This document shows positions 50,113 to 61,375 of a DNA stretch of 64,000 nucleotides, one piece after another. Origin of the DNA: Candidatus Marinacidobacterales bacterium (GTDB lineage Bacteria > Acidobacteriota > Vicinamibacteria > Marinacidobacterales > DATDRI01). The translations under genes were made by a program, and so were the position numbers. The notes below the pieces were generated by a model. That model made no database searches. It was not told where the DNA came from and saw only the letters and a list, made by a program, of their open reading frames with translations. The stretch's first letter is position 1, and each line of letters starts with the position of its first letter. The DNA is taken from the NCBI GenBank assembly GCA_965219415.1, contig CBDCNP010000002.1, positions 480,001 through 544,000 of the forward strand. Direction: 5' to 3'.

Positions 50113-50538
50113 ATGTCCACGACCTTTTCCCGCTCGATGCGCTCGCTCGAACGCGACGGGTTTCATTTCACTCTGGCCGCTTTACTCTTCGCTACGCTGC
50201 TTCTCGCTGCGTGGGGCGCCTGGTTTTTTCTCGCCGCAATCCCCGTGTATGCGGTGACCAATAACTTCCGTATCGATACGAGCGGTCCCTCGACAAGAAT
50301 CCTCGCGGAGTTCGATGTCGGCGAAGCTCGTGCCGTCCGGCCGCAGCAGAATGCATGGCTTCGTTCGAACGACACGCGCGCACTGTCCGCGACGGTTGCG
50401 CGAGTCAGTGAAACTAGAGTCGAGCTCATCGTTCACGAACCGATTTCTCCGAACCTACCAAACCAAGGCCAAGTCGAGATCGAAATAGAAAGAGCAACGC
50501 CGTCGACACTCCTGCTTCGTTCGATCGGACGCGACTAA
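50113..50538 (+). CDS. Short HlyD-like membrane-fusion/adaptor protein lacking the central coiled coil
   Basis: MSTTFSRSMRSL, a TM with WGAWFF, and C-terminal GQVEIEIERATPSTLLLR; directly upstream of the C39 ABC exporter. Confidence 0.6.
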   Translation: MSTTFSRSMRSLERDGFHFTLAALLFATLLLAAWGAWFFLAAIPVYAVTNNFRIDTSGPSTRILAEFDVGEARAVRPQQNAWLRSNDTRALSATVARVSETRVELIVHEPISPNLPNQGQVEIEIERATPSTLLLRSIGRD

Positions 50539-50549
50539 GGCTCCGAACT

Positions 50550-53215
50550 TTGCGCGCCCGACATCGTTTCTTTGCACCGGAGGTGGTCCAATCGTCCGCG
50601 ATGGACTGTGGACCGGCCGCCCTCAAGAGCTTGTTGGACGGCTTCGGGATTCCGGTGAGCTACGGCCGGCTACGAGAGGCCTGCCAAACCGATGTAGACG
50701 GCACCTCCATCGACACATTGGAAGACATTGCGGTCGAGCTCGGCCTCGAAGCCGAGCAGATCTTGGTGCCTACCGATCATGTTCTCCTCCCGGCGGCGCA
50801 TGCGCTACCCGCTTTGGCGGTTGCCGAGCTGCCAAACGGTGGGACGCATTTCGTCATCGTGTGGAGTCGACACGGTCGACTCGTGCAGGTCATGGATCCC
50901 GCCTTCGGCCGAAGATGGATCTCCGAGGAGCGGTTCTTGTATGAGCTCTACGAGCACACCATGCTGGTCCCCGCCGCCGCATGGCGTGAGTGGACGGTCG
51001 GGAGCGAGGCGCGCGGTGCCATCGGGTCGAGGCTCGATGCCCTGAATGTTCCGAAAAACACTTCACGTGATTTGATCGAACAAGCGTCAGCCCGTCCCGA
51101 TTGGAAGGCTTTGGCAAGACTGGACGCTGCCGTCCGGGCAACCGACTCGCTCGCGCGATCGGGCGGCATCGGTCTCGGCGATGAAGCAACGCGTGTTCTG
51201 AGAAGCCTCATCGAAAGCGGCGATATCCCGGAAGACTTTTGGTCGGCGCGCCCCCCTGATGATGATGGGGATGACGCTGATGAGGAGTCGGAGCAAGAGG
51301 AGCACGTCTGGGCACGAGGCGCGGTGCTAGTCCGAGTGCGTGGCCGTCGCCCGTCGTCCACCGACTCCTCCGAGCGCTCAACCGAAGAACTATCCCCAGA
51401 GCTCGTCGCGGCTCGTGAGGAACCTACCGCCCGGCCCGGTAGAGCGTTATTCAAACTCCTTCAGGCCGATGGACGGCTCTCCCTGACCGCTTTGGCCCTC
51501 GCCTTTTTCGTGGTAGCCGGCGGTCTCGTGATCGAAGCACTACTCTTTCGTGGCCTACTGGAGCTGGTTCCAGCGCTCGGCTCATCCACGCAACGGCTCG
51601 GTGCCTTGTCGGCGCTCGTAGCTTTCGCCTTGTTTCTCTTGCTCTCGAGCTCCCCATCGCGGGAGGCATCCTCCGTCTCGGGCGACGGCTCGAAGGCCGG
51701 CTGCGCACGGCGTTCCTAGCGAAAATCCCTCGTCTTGGGGATCGTTACTTTCGAAGTCGACTGATCTCCGATATGGCAGAGCGCAGCCATAGCGTCCACG
51801 GCCTGAGGCGTCTCCCGAATCTGGGTGAGGCCTTCATCGCTTCTTTTTTCGAGCTGACGTTGACGGTTGCAGGAATTATCTGGCTCGCCCCCGCAAGTGC
51901 CCCGGTTGCGCTTTTCGCGGGTGTGCTCGCGATCGGACTGCCGCTGGCAGGTCAACCGGTTCTGATGGAAAGGGACCTTCGCGTGCGGAGCCACCTGGGC
52001 ATCCTTAGTCGCTTCTACCTCGATTCACTGCTAGGGCTGGTGGCGGTGCGGGCCCATGCCGCTGGGCCTTCCATCCGAAACGAGCACGAGGCGGAGCTCG
52101 TGCAGTGGACGAGAGCGCGTTTGTCATTCCAGAGATCCGTGGTCGGTGTCGAGGGCATCCAGGCCCTGACCGGATTCGGGGTTGCCGCCTTCCTCCTATT
52201 GAGTCACCTGAATCGGGGAGGAGACCTGGGGATCGTGTTGCTCTTGGTCTACTGGGCGCTCAACTTGCCGTTTCTCGGTCTCACCATCGCTCAGCTTGCT
52301 TGGCAATACCCGGCCCATCACAACGTCACACTTTGCTTGACCGAGCCGCTCGGTGCGCCCGACGACGAGTCAGACCCGAATTCTCACACAGCAACAAAGA
52401 ACGACCCCGGAAGGAAAACGGGCGCCGCGATTCAGATGCGAGAGCTGAGCGTGCGAGCCGGCGGCCACATCATCCTCGATCGTATCGATCTCGAGATCGA
52501 TCCGGGCAGTCACGTGGCGGTGGTGGGTCATTCCGGCGCGGGCAAGTCGAGCCTGTTCGGGGTCCTCCTCGGCTGGCACCGAGCGAGCTATGGAGGGGTC
52601 CTGATCGACGGCGTCCCCCTGGAGGGTAGCGAGCTCGGACGTCTCCGTTCGGGAACGGCGTGGGTCGATCCGTCGGTTCAGGTTTGGAACCGCTCACTGT
52701 CCGACAATCTGCTGTATGGGCACGAGGGGCCCGCCATGTCTCTCGAGATGGCCATCGATCAATCCGATCTCCGCGACGTACTGGAGTCCTTGCCGCAAGG
52801 CCAGGAAACGCTGCTGGGAGAAAACGGCGGATTGGTTTCAGGCGGTGAAGGCCAAAGAGTTCGGCTCGGCCGCGCGATGATGCGATCGTCGGTGCGCTTG
52901 GTTCTCCTGGATGAGCCGTTTCGCGGCCTTGGGCGCGAACAAAGGGCCGAGCTGCTGGCTCGTTGTCGGGAACTTTGGAAACACGCCACTCTGCTCTGCG
53001 TCACTCACGAGATCGCCGAGACCGATTCGTTCGATCGCGTGCTCGTTATGAACGGTGGAAAACTCGTCGAGGACGGCGCACCGGAATCACTCGCTGCCCA
53101 GGCAAGCTCTCGCTACCGCAACCTGCAGGAGTCCGAAAAAGCGATCGCCGGCATATGCAGTGGCGAGTCTTGGCGACGGCTCGAGCTCGTCGATGGCAAG
53201 TTGGCCGAGCGATAG
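50550..53215 (+). CDS. Peptidase C39-containing ABC exporter (PCAT); frameshift near 51645
   Basis: Q-SSAMD-C, HFV and MDP catalytic residues; TMD; GHSGAGKS, VSGGEGQR, LLDE. The two track ORFs join via LELPIAGGILRLGRRLEGRLRTAFLAKIPRLGDRYF. Confidence 0.88.
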
Positions 53216-53217
53216 AA

Positions 53218-55138
53218 ATGTCTACACCCGATCACGAATCCATACGCCACCTCTCGTGGCCGACCGAGGAAATGGCGGAGGGGTTGGCCCTCCTGGCACG
53301 ACGCGCGGGCCTCGGCCCTCGTAGCGCGCAGATACCTTCCCTAGACCAGAGCTCACGAGACGACACCTTCTCTCATTGGGATGGCGGCCAGCGCAGCGTG
53401 GATGGGGCTCGAAGCCCAGCCCGTCGAGTCCACCTATCCGGAGCTTCCCGGCTTTCTCTTGCGATCGGGGCCGGCGGTCGTTCGCTTGCCCGCACCGGGC
53501 ACGAATCGTTTTCTGCTGTTGTTGAAAGGCAAGGGGAAACAACGTCTCGATCGTCGGAAACGACCGGGCCATCCACTCACTGCCTCTCGCGCGGGTGGAA
53601 GGAATCCTGGCCCCGCACGAAGCAAAGCGAGTCGGCGTTATGGTCGACAAGCTTCTCGATCGTATCGGGCTCGTCGGACTCGATGGCACCCGTCGCCGGC
53701 AACGCGCTCGAGAAGTCATGGTGCGCGAGCGATTAGGCAAGGCTGTGGTGGGCGGTTCTTGGATATTGCGCTTGCCTGCGAGCGCTAGAACCAAGTCGCT
53801 GATGAGGCACGCGCACCTCCCCCATTACTTACTCGCCTTCATTGGGGCGCACACCGTTCAGTATCTACTGTGGATCGCTTCGTGGTGGGTGATCGGGCGC
53901 GGCGCGCTCGAGGGACGTGTAAGCTCGGGATGGCTGGCCGCTTGGGTACTTCTACTGCTTACCATGATCCCATTCCGACTAGTCGCCACCTGGTTCGAGG
54001 GTTTGTTGAGCATTCGGGCCGGAGCATTACTCAAACAAAGACTTCTGCAAGGAGCGCTTCGACTCACCCCAGACGAAATTCGGCACGACGGGGCCGGTCA
54101 TCATTTGGGTCGTGTACTCGAATCGGAGGCGGTCGAAGATCTCGCCCTCACGGGAGGGTTCTTGGCGTTGATCGCCGGGATCGAATTGATCATCGCAACC
54201 TTCGTACTCGCAACGGGTGCGGGAAGCGGGTACCACGTCGTACTTCTCGGCGCCTGGCTCGGTTTGGCGTGGATGACGGGCCGCCATTTCTTTCGGCGGC
54301 GGCGGCGGCGGTGATGGCCGGCCAGGCAAGTGCTGGGTTGTTGGGCGGTCGGACTCGGCGGCATGCTTCTCGCCTATCGAGCGCTCGACAAGCTCGTCGA
54401 TGGCTTCTCCGATCTGGCTGATGCGGTCATCGCCTGGCAACAGGTGTCCCTCCTTTCCACGGCGCTCGGCGACGAGAAGCCCCCGGCGAGCCAGCATTGG
54501 ATATCCCCCCGGATACAGGACGCCCCTCGACTCTTCTCGAAGCCGACGCGATCGGTTTTCGTTATCCCGATCGAACGTCCCCGGTTATCCAGGAGGCGAC
54601 TCTCAGGATCTCGGTGGGGGAGCGAGCGATCCTCGCTTCGCCATCGGGCGGAGGCAAGTCCACGCTGGTGTCTCTCTTGACCGGGCTCCGCACGGCAGAT
54701 TCAGGTTCGATGCTTCTTTACGGCCTCGCCCCGGAAAGGCTCGGCGCCCAACGTTGGACGCGAAGAGTCGCCGCCGCCCCACAGTTCAATGAGAATCACG
54801 TGTTCACCGAGACCTTCGCCTTCAATCTCCTGATGGGTCGCGGCTGGCCGCCGAAGCCTGCCGACCTAGAAGACGCGGAAGGGTTGTGCCAGGAGCTCGG
54901 CTTGGGTGGGCTCATCGAGAGAATGCCGGGCGGGCTTTTCCAGCTGGTCGGCGAAATGGGCTGGCAACTCTCTCATGGTGAGAAGAGCCGACTCTACATC
55001 GCGCGGGCACTGCTCCAGGGAGCCGACGTCGTGATCCTCGACGAGAGCTTTGCCGCGCTGGACCCGGAGAATTTCCGCCGGTCGCTCGAATGTGCCCTCG
55101 AGCATGCTCCCAGCCTTCTTGTAACAACCCATACCTAA
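53218..55138 (+). pseudogene. Second ABC exporter (N-terminal domain, TMD, NBD) with several frameshifts and an apparent internal deletion near 54310
   Basis: Fragments 53218-, 53381-, 53595-54314, 54330- and 54497-55138; PSGGGKS, LSHGEKSR, ILDESF. Confidence 0.8.
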
Positions 55139-55306
55139 CGTTCGTGGGTGCGCTCCCACGCCGGATTTTGCCCTCGGGGTGTGGGCTTGACACCACGACG
55201 ACTTTCTTGTACGCAGGTCCTGCGGCTGTCTGGCCTGTTCAGCGGGGGGATGTTCCCACTGTTGCAGCGGGTCAGTTTCTTACCCGTTAGGGGGGGCGAA
55301 AGCCAC

Positions 55307-55360
55307 ATGAAGGTCAAGACAAGTATCAAGGCGGGGCCCAGCATCCGGAGGGGCCGGTAG
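55307..55360 (+). CDS. Putative exported peptide precursor MKVKTSIKAG-PSIRRGR (17 aa)
   Basis: Purine-rich RBS (AGGGGGGG, 55289-55296), ATG 55307, TAG 55360; directly downstream of the PCAT pair and followed by a terminator. Confidence 0.65.
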   Translation: MKVKTSIKAGPSIRRGR

Positions 55361-55391
55361 CCTCGACCTAAGCAACTTACGGTGTGATCTG

Positions 55392-55424
55392 GCGAGCAAC
55401 GGGTTCTCGTTGCTCGCTTTTTTT
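55392..55424 (+). terminator. Rho-independent terminator
   Basis: GCGAGCAACG-GGTTCT-CGTTGCTCGC followed by T7. Confidence 0.88.
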
Positions 55425-55432
55425 GCGGCTGG

Positions 55433-56131
55433 TCAACGCCCTGCTGCGCGGTCCTTGCTGAGACGACTCGCGCTCTTCTTGAACAGGGCCTTTACGTCCG
55501 GTCGCGCCAGGAACGAGCTGGAATGCTCGGGAAGGGCGCTGTTTCGAATCCACTCGACCTCCTGGGCCGCCTTTGCGAAAGCCTCGACCGCCTCCTCTGG
55601 ACGCCCAAGCGCCTGATAAGCTTCTCCGAGCGTGGCATAGCCCGCATAGAGTAGCGGCCTTCCGGAGAATCCCTCGGCGATTCGCACCGACGCCTGCGCC
55701 TCGGTCTCCGCCGCCCCAGCGTTTCCTTGTGCCAGGTACACCTCTGCTAGCGCTGCGGCGGCGCGTGCTTCGATTACACGGAGCCGGGAGTTGGCCGCCT
55801 CCCTCTTGGCCTTCACAAGAGTACTTCTTGCGTCGGCAAGTCGTCCCTCAGCCAGATAGACCCGCGCCAGCTCGACCCCCGATAAGATCTGCATTCTCCT
55901 CTCACCGGCCCGCGCTGCGGCTTCCCCACCAGATTTACACTTGGCGCGCGCTTGCCTAATATCGCCACGGAGCCGGTGCAGTCTTGACTGACCGAGAAGA
56001 ATAAGAGGTAGCAGGTCTTCCGCAAGGGCATCGCCAGCCAGCTTCGCGGCCTCGCCCAAATTCTTTTCTGCTGCCTCGAACTGACCCAGTGTGGTCAATA
56101 GGTGGCCAAGGTGAGCCTTTACATCGGCTAC
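55433..56131 (-). pseudogene. C-terminal fragment of a TPR protein, 5' part missing
   Basis: TPR helices (LGHLLTTLGQFEAAEKNL, LARVYLAEGRLADA, LGEAYQALGRPEEA). The upstream part of the track ORF is only the antisense of the neighbouring gene. Confidence 0.75.
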
Positions 56132-57142
56132 GCAGGGTGAGGTGATCGCCAACGATCTCATCCTCAAGGCAGAAACGGTCCGTATCGAAGGGACCATCGA
56201 GGGGGATCTGATCGCGGCCGCCCAATCGGTCACGGTGACCGGCCGAGTCGGCGGCGACGTAATCGTAGCGGTCCAGAAACTGAACGTGGACGGCCGGGTC
56301 GATGGGAACGTGCGAGCCGGGGCCGAGTTCATCGATCTGAAGGGGTTCGTTGCGAGGAATGTCACCGTGGCCGGCGAAAGCGTGGAGCTCCACGCCGGTG
56401 CGGTAGTAGATGGAACTTTTCCGAGAAAAGCAACCTCGATGGACGCATAGGGCGCGATCTCATCGTTTTTGCGGCAAAGAGCCGCATTAACGGCCGGATC
56501 GGGGGCACCGCCCGGTTGGCAGGAGGATCGATCAGCATTGATCCCGACTCTGAGATTGGAGGCGACGTCCGCATCTTCACCGGTAAAGATCCGGACATTT
56601 CCCCCGAAGCGACTCTTGCGAGCGATCCGGAAATCGAGATCATCCGGGAAACACCTGAGTATGCGAGTGCAGGGTCTTATCTGTGGCCGATCCTCTTCTG
56701 GGCGGCGGCCTTTGTGTACGGTTTAGTGATACTGCTCGTGCTGCCAAGATTCTTCGCTGGCGTGCTCAGCCGGATACCGAGGTACGGCCTTTCCATCGGG
56801 ATCGGAGCCGCCGCCCTCGTCGCCGTCCCGGTGGTGGCGACGATAATTAGTCTTACTCTGGTCGGACTCCCGGTTGGAATCCTCACCTTTGTGGCTTATG
56901 TCGCGGCCGTCTACTCGGCGCAAGTCTTCGTTGGAACGTGGCTGGGACGAGAGCTGTTAGGACCGCCGGTGGGGCAGGGCGATGCCATCGGAAGGCTCGC
57001 CCTGGGGCTGGCCCTGATCCACGTCGTGAAGCTGATTCCGTTCGTTGGGTCGCTGGCGGATCTAGCGGTATGCTTGTGGGGCCTGGACGCGCTCACCCTG
57101 TACTTTTTCGAGCCTCGCGCGGCGCAGACCGCGCCGGCCTAG
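56132..57142 (+). pseudogene. Bactofilin-like beta-helix repeat + C-terminal membrane domain protein, 5'-truncated and frameshifted
   Basis: IEGTIEGDLIAAAQSVTVTGRVGGDV...VDGNVRA repeats, then a multi-TM C-terminus (LTLVGLPVG, IPFVG). Confidence 0.72.
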
Positions 57143-57165
57143 GTAGTCTGGATTCCAAATAAGAG

Positions 57166-57684
57166 ATGGTATTGAAGGCGATACAGCAGTTTTTCGATAC
57201 CAAAATTCAGCCTGCTACGGGCATCGCCCGAACAGGTTCGGCTGGCTCGACCGCATCGGAGCACTCCCTGCAACTTGCCACCGCCGCGCTGCTGATCGAA
57301 ATGACGCGGGCCGACTTCAAGGTCGAAGAGAGCGAGCGGCGCATGGTGGGTGACGCCATTCGGCGCGCTTTCGATCTATCGCCTGAGGAAACCGCGGAGC
57401 TCATTCGTCTCGCCGAAGAGGAGTCGCAGCAATCGGTTTCGATTTACGACTTCACCCGGCTCATCGATCGGGGCTTTGAATTAGGGCAGAAAAAACACAT
57501 CGTGGAGTTGCTCTGGAGGGTAGCGTTCAGCGACGCCGAGCTCGAAAAACACGAGGAGCACCTCATCCGCAAGATCGCCAAGCTCATTCACGTCCCGCAC
57601 CCGGATTTCATCGACGCCAAGCTCAGGGCGAAGGAGTCTCTGAAGCACGAGGCGTCCGAGGAAGCGCCGCCGTCAACAACCTAG
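57166..57684 (+). CDS. TerB-family protein
   Basis: LATAALLIEMTRAD, LWRVAFSDAELEKHEEHLIRKIAKL. Confidence 0.88.
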   Translation: MVLKAIQQFFDTKIQPATGIARTGSAGSTASEHSLQLATAALLIEMTRADFKVEESERRMVGDAIRRAFDLSPEETAELIRLAEEESQQSVSIYDFTRLIDRGFELGQKKHIVELLWRVAFSDAELEKHEEHLIRKIAKLIHVPHPDFIDAKLRAKESLKHEASEEAPPSTT

Positions 57685-57686
57685 GG

Positions 57687-58757
57687 CTAAGCGGTGGAGA
57701 CGGCATCCGCGATGAAGCCACCTACCTCCTTGGTTGGCTTGGCCGCATCCGGGCCCACCAAGTCGGCGGTCAAGAAACCCTTCTTCATGGAGGCCGCGAT
57801 CGCTTCGTCGATCGCAGCAGCCTCCTCACTCAAATCAAAAGAGTAGCGAAGCATCATCGCCATCGAACCGATGGCACCGATGGGGTTCGCAATTCCTTTT
57901 CCAGCGATGTCGGGAGCGGAGCCGTGCACCGGTTCGTAGAGCCCAACGCTACCCCCGATGCTTGCCGAGGGTAGAAGCCCCAAAGAGCCGGCCAACACCG
58001 ACGCCTCGTCACTCAAAATGTCGCCGAATAGATTCCCCGTCACCATGACGTCGAACTGGCGGGGGTTTGTGATGAGCTCCATCGCCGCCCGATCGACGTA
58101 CATGTGATCGAGTCGGACGTCGGCGTATTCTTTCCCGATGGATTCGACAACCTCGCGCCACATCTTAGACGTCTCGAGCACGTTGGACTTGTCCACCGAA
58201 GTGACATGGCCTTGCCGCCCTTGCGCGGCCTCGAAAGCGACCCGGGCGATCCTCTCGACCTCTGCACCGGTGTAGACCAGGGTGTTCCAGGCGCGAGCAG
58301 CCGCTCCGTCCCCTTCCCTTCCCCGCGGCTCGCCAAAGTACACGCCGCCGATGAGCTCCCGGACGATGAGCACATCCAAACCCTTTAGTGCCTCATCGCG
58401 AAACGGTGAGCCTTCGGGATTGAATTGCGACACGATGGGACGAAGGTTCGCGAAATTGCCCAGTAGGCGCCGCAGTTCCAGCAGGGCCGCCTCGGGCCGC
58501 TCACTGGGAGGGAACTTGTCATAGGCCGGATCGCCCACCGCGCCTAGAAACACCGCCTGGCTCCCGAGACAGGCGTTTCGCGTCTCGTCGGGGAAGGCCT
58601 TGCCAAACTGGGCGTAGGCCCGCGTTCCAAACGGGTGCTCCGGCGCCGAGAGCTCATGGCCGAAACGACTCGCCACGGCCTCGAGTACACGGATGGCCTC
58701 TGCCGTGACCTCGGGTCCGATGCCGTCTCCTGGAAGGACTGTTATTTCGAGCTTCAT
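57687..58757 (-). CDS. leuB: 3-isopropylmalate dehydrogenase
   Basis: LPGDGIGPEV, NLRP, VDKSNVL, NLFGDILSDEAS, EPVHGSAPDIAG. Confidence 0.96.
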   Translation of the reverse strand: MKLEITVLPGDGIGPEVTAEAIRVLEAVASRFGHELSAPEHPFGTRAYAQFGKAFPDETRNACLGSQAVFLGAVGDPAYDKFPPSERPEAALLELRRLLGNFANLRPIVSQFNPEGSPFRDEALKGLDVLIVRELIGGVYFGEPRGREGDGAAARAWNTLVYTGAEVERIARVAFEAAQGRQGHVTSVDKSNVLETSKMWREVVESIGKEYADVRLDHMYVDRAAMELITNPRQFDVMVTGNLFGDILSDEASVLAGSLGLLPSASIGGSVGLYEPVHGSAPDIAGKGIANPIGAIGSMAMMLRYSFDLSEEAAAIDEAIAASMKKGFLTADLVGPDAAKPTKEVGGFIADAVSTA

Positions 58758-58796
58758 GGTCCTCCTTTATAACCAGTGAACGCGGTTTTCCAAACC

Positions 58797-58826
58797 AAAA
58801 AAAAGGGGCGCGCTGGGCGCGCCCCC
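58797..58826 (-). terminator. Intrinsic terminator in the leuB leader (probable attenuator)
   Basis: Minus strand GGGGCGCGC-CCA-GCGCGCCCC followed by T8, about 40 nt upstream of the leuB ATG. Confidence 0.82.
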
Positions 58827-58850
58827 GAACCCCTGTCGAGAACCGAAGGA

Positions 58851-58934
58851 CTATGTGGAGTTGTTAAGGACGTGGGTAAGGATGTAGCGGGATGATAAAG
58901 CGGCTTCGATCGTTGGATGGGATTGGCACCGCAT
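58851..58934 (-). CDS. Candidate leuB attenuation leader peptide
   Basis: MRCQSHPTIEAALSSRYILTHVLNNST*; I/L/T/V codons near its end, stop about 25 nt before the terminator. Confidence 0.4.
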   Translation of the reverse strand: MRCQSHPTIEAALSSRYILTHVLNNST

Positions 58935-59271
58935 AATAAGTCTTACGGGCCTCAAGTGGACCCTCGGTCGAATTAACCCAACAGAGGAACGATACGAGCG
59001 CATGTTAAGTAAGCTAGGTTGGGCAGAGTTATCATAGGGATCCCGGGACGATCTGTCAAGCATGAAGTCTTCATTCGGTGATCTTGCGGGGTCCCTCACT
59101 AGGCTGAAAAACCCGCCCTGGCTCATGCTTAGCAGTAGGCGATTCAGGCAAGTCATTTAATTACAACAATTACGGCGGAAACAATCGGGCCCGACTTTCC
59201 CGCGGGTCGACTCACGGCCCCACCAACCATTTGCCCGTTTCTCGACAGCAGACTAACATCGAGCCACCCGC

Positions 59272-61173
59272 ATGACCTCTATCGAAGAACTCGAACAAGA
59301 GTTGGCCGCACTCGCCCGGGACGAGTCGTCTGTCGAGAAACGCATCGATCTGCTCAACAAGCTGGCCTGGGAGATTGGCTACCAGAACGTAGATCGAGCC
59401 GCCGAGCTGACAGAAGAAGTCAAGACATTGGCAACCGAGCGTTCCTACCGGAAGGGCATCGCCTTCAGCCGGTTGAACGAGGCCTTCGGCGATTACTACT
59501 TCGCGAAGCACCAAAGGGCGCTTGTCCGTAGTCGCGAGGCCCTCGATCTGCTCCGCGAAATCGGCGAGCGGGGCGGTGAAGCAGACACCCTCTTCGGGCT
59601 CGGCATGGTTCATTGGTCTCTGGGCGACTACGAAAAGGCGCTCCAACACATGCACGATAGCCTGGATTTACTCCGCGATCTGGCGAACCCGAGCAGAGAA
59701 GCTTGGGTCGTCACTTCGATCGGCGGGGTCTACGAGAATCTAGGCGACCTGGACAAGGCGTTGGAGTTTCACAACCGAAGCCTCGAGATTTTCCGATCCT
59801 TGGGCGATCGAAACGGTGAAGGACGGTCGCTCACCGGTATCGGTACGGTCTTCCAACGGCAGAACGAGCAGGCGCGCGCCCTCGACTACCACCGTAGAGC
59901 GCTGACCATCTTTAGAGACGTCGGCAACAAGATGGGTCTCTCTCGCGTGCCTTAAACGATATCGGGACCCTCCATCAGGCGCGAAACAAGTTCGACAAGG
60001 CCCTTCAATTCCACACCGAAGCGCTCGAGATCCGGCGACAGCTCCGCACGAGGCACGCCGAGACGACGAGCCTCATCAATCTAGGGAAGCTCTACAACCA
60101 GAAAAAAGAGCCCGAAACGGCGCTCGGGTTTCTGGAACAAGCCCTGGCGCTTTCTACCGAGCTGGGTGCCAAGCCGAAGACGTACCAGTCTCACGAGGCG
60201 CTCTCCGAGACCTACGCCGCTTTGGGCGACTATGCCGTGGCACTCGAACACGAGCGCTCCTTCCACCGCATCAAGGAGGCCGTCTTCAGTGATGAGACCA
60301 CGACGCGATTGAAGAACCTCCAAGTTAGCTTCGAAGTCGAAAAGGCGGAAAAGGAAGCGGAGATCCACCGATTGCGGAACATCGAGCTCGCCGATGCACT
60401 CCGAAAGCTAAAGGAAGCCCAGGCACAGCTGATCCAATCGGAGAAGATGGCGGCGGTGGGCCGACTGGTCGCCGGGGTTGCCCACGAGGTCAACACGCCG
60501 ATCGGCGCCATCCAGAGCAACACCAACGTCTCGCAGCGCGCCGTCGAGAAGATTGCTCGAGCGCTAGACTCGGGTCGTTCTATCGACGAGCTCAGAAGCA
60601 ATCGAGACTTGAAACGAGGGTTAGACACACTAAAGGTGAACAACGAAACGACCGAGTCGGCCCGGACGAAGAATCTCAGAGCTCGTGAACCGCCTGAAGA
60701 ACTTCGCTCGACTCGACGAAGCCGAGTTCAAGCTAGTCGACGTCCATGAGGGTTTGGAGAGCACCCTGAGCCTCATTGCACCTCAATGGAAAGACCGCAT
60801 CCGGGTGATCAAACAGTTTGGGGCGCTGCCCAAGATCGAATGCTACCCCAACGAATTGAACCAGGTGTTCATGACCTTGCTCCTCAGTGCTTCGGAAGCG
60901 ATTGAAGGCGAAGGAACGATCACCGTCGAGACCGCAACCCATAACGGAGAGGTCTCGGTAACGACTGCGGACACCGGCAAAGGCATACCACCCGATGAGC
61001 TCGAGAAGATCTTCGACATAGGGATCAGTCAAAAGGGTCCCCAGCTACGGATGCACGCCGGCCTCGCCAACAGCTATGCGATCGTCGAACGACACCGCGG
61101 GAATATCAAAGTGGAGAGTGAGCTCGGTAAAGGGACCACCTTCCGAATCCGCCTACCGGTGAGACAAACCTGA
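59272..61173 (+). CDS. Soluble TPR-repeat sensor histidine kinase; frameshifts near 59950 and 60665
   Basis: N-terminal TPRs, [26 protein letters not shown]-box, [21 protein letters not shown]; split over three track ORFs. Confidence 0.85.
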
Positions 61174-61375
61174 AACGGGGAGTTGCGGGGGCTCGGAGGT
61201 CAGGGCCGAGCCGGAAAACAGTCGTAGCTGCCCAACCACACCGGCGTCTCTTCAGCCCTCGTTATCCGCCCAGCTGCAGAACTAGACGGCGGGGAGAGCG
61301 CTCCCCGTGAATCCGATGGGGGCGCCGGAACCTGGACCGGATTCGGAAAGCGCATCGATACTCAGGGTCTGGTTT

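Noticed and set aside
55307-55360. Ribosomal protein L36 (similar MKV start)
   Set aside because: Only 17 aa, lacks the rest of L36 including its zinc-ribbon region, and the context is a peptide exporter.
50550-61173. Programmed frameshifting in the ABC, bactofilin-like and kinase genes
   Set aside because: Indels are scattered over unrelated genes without slippery heptamers; sequencing error or decay is more parsimonious.
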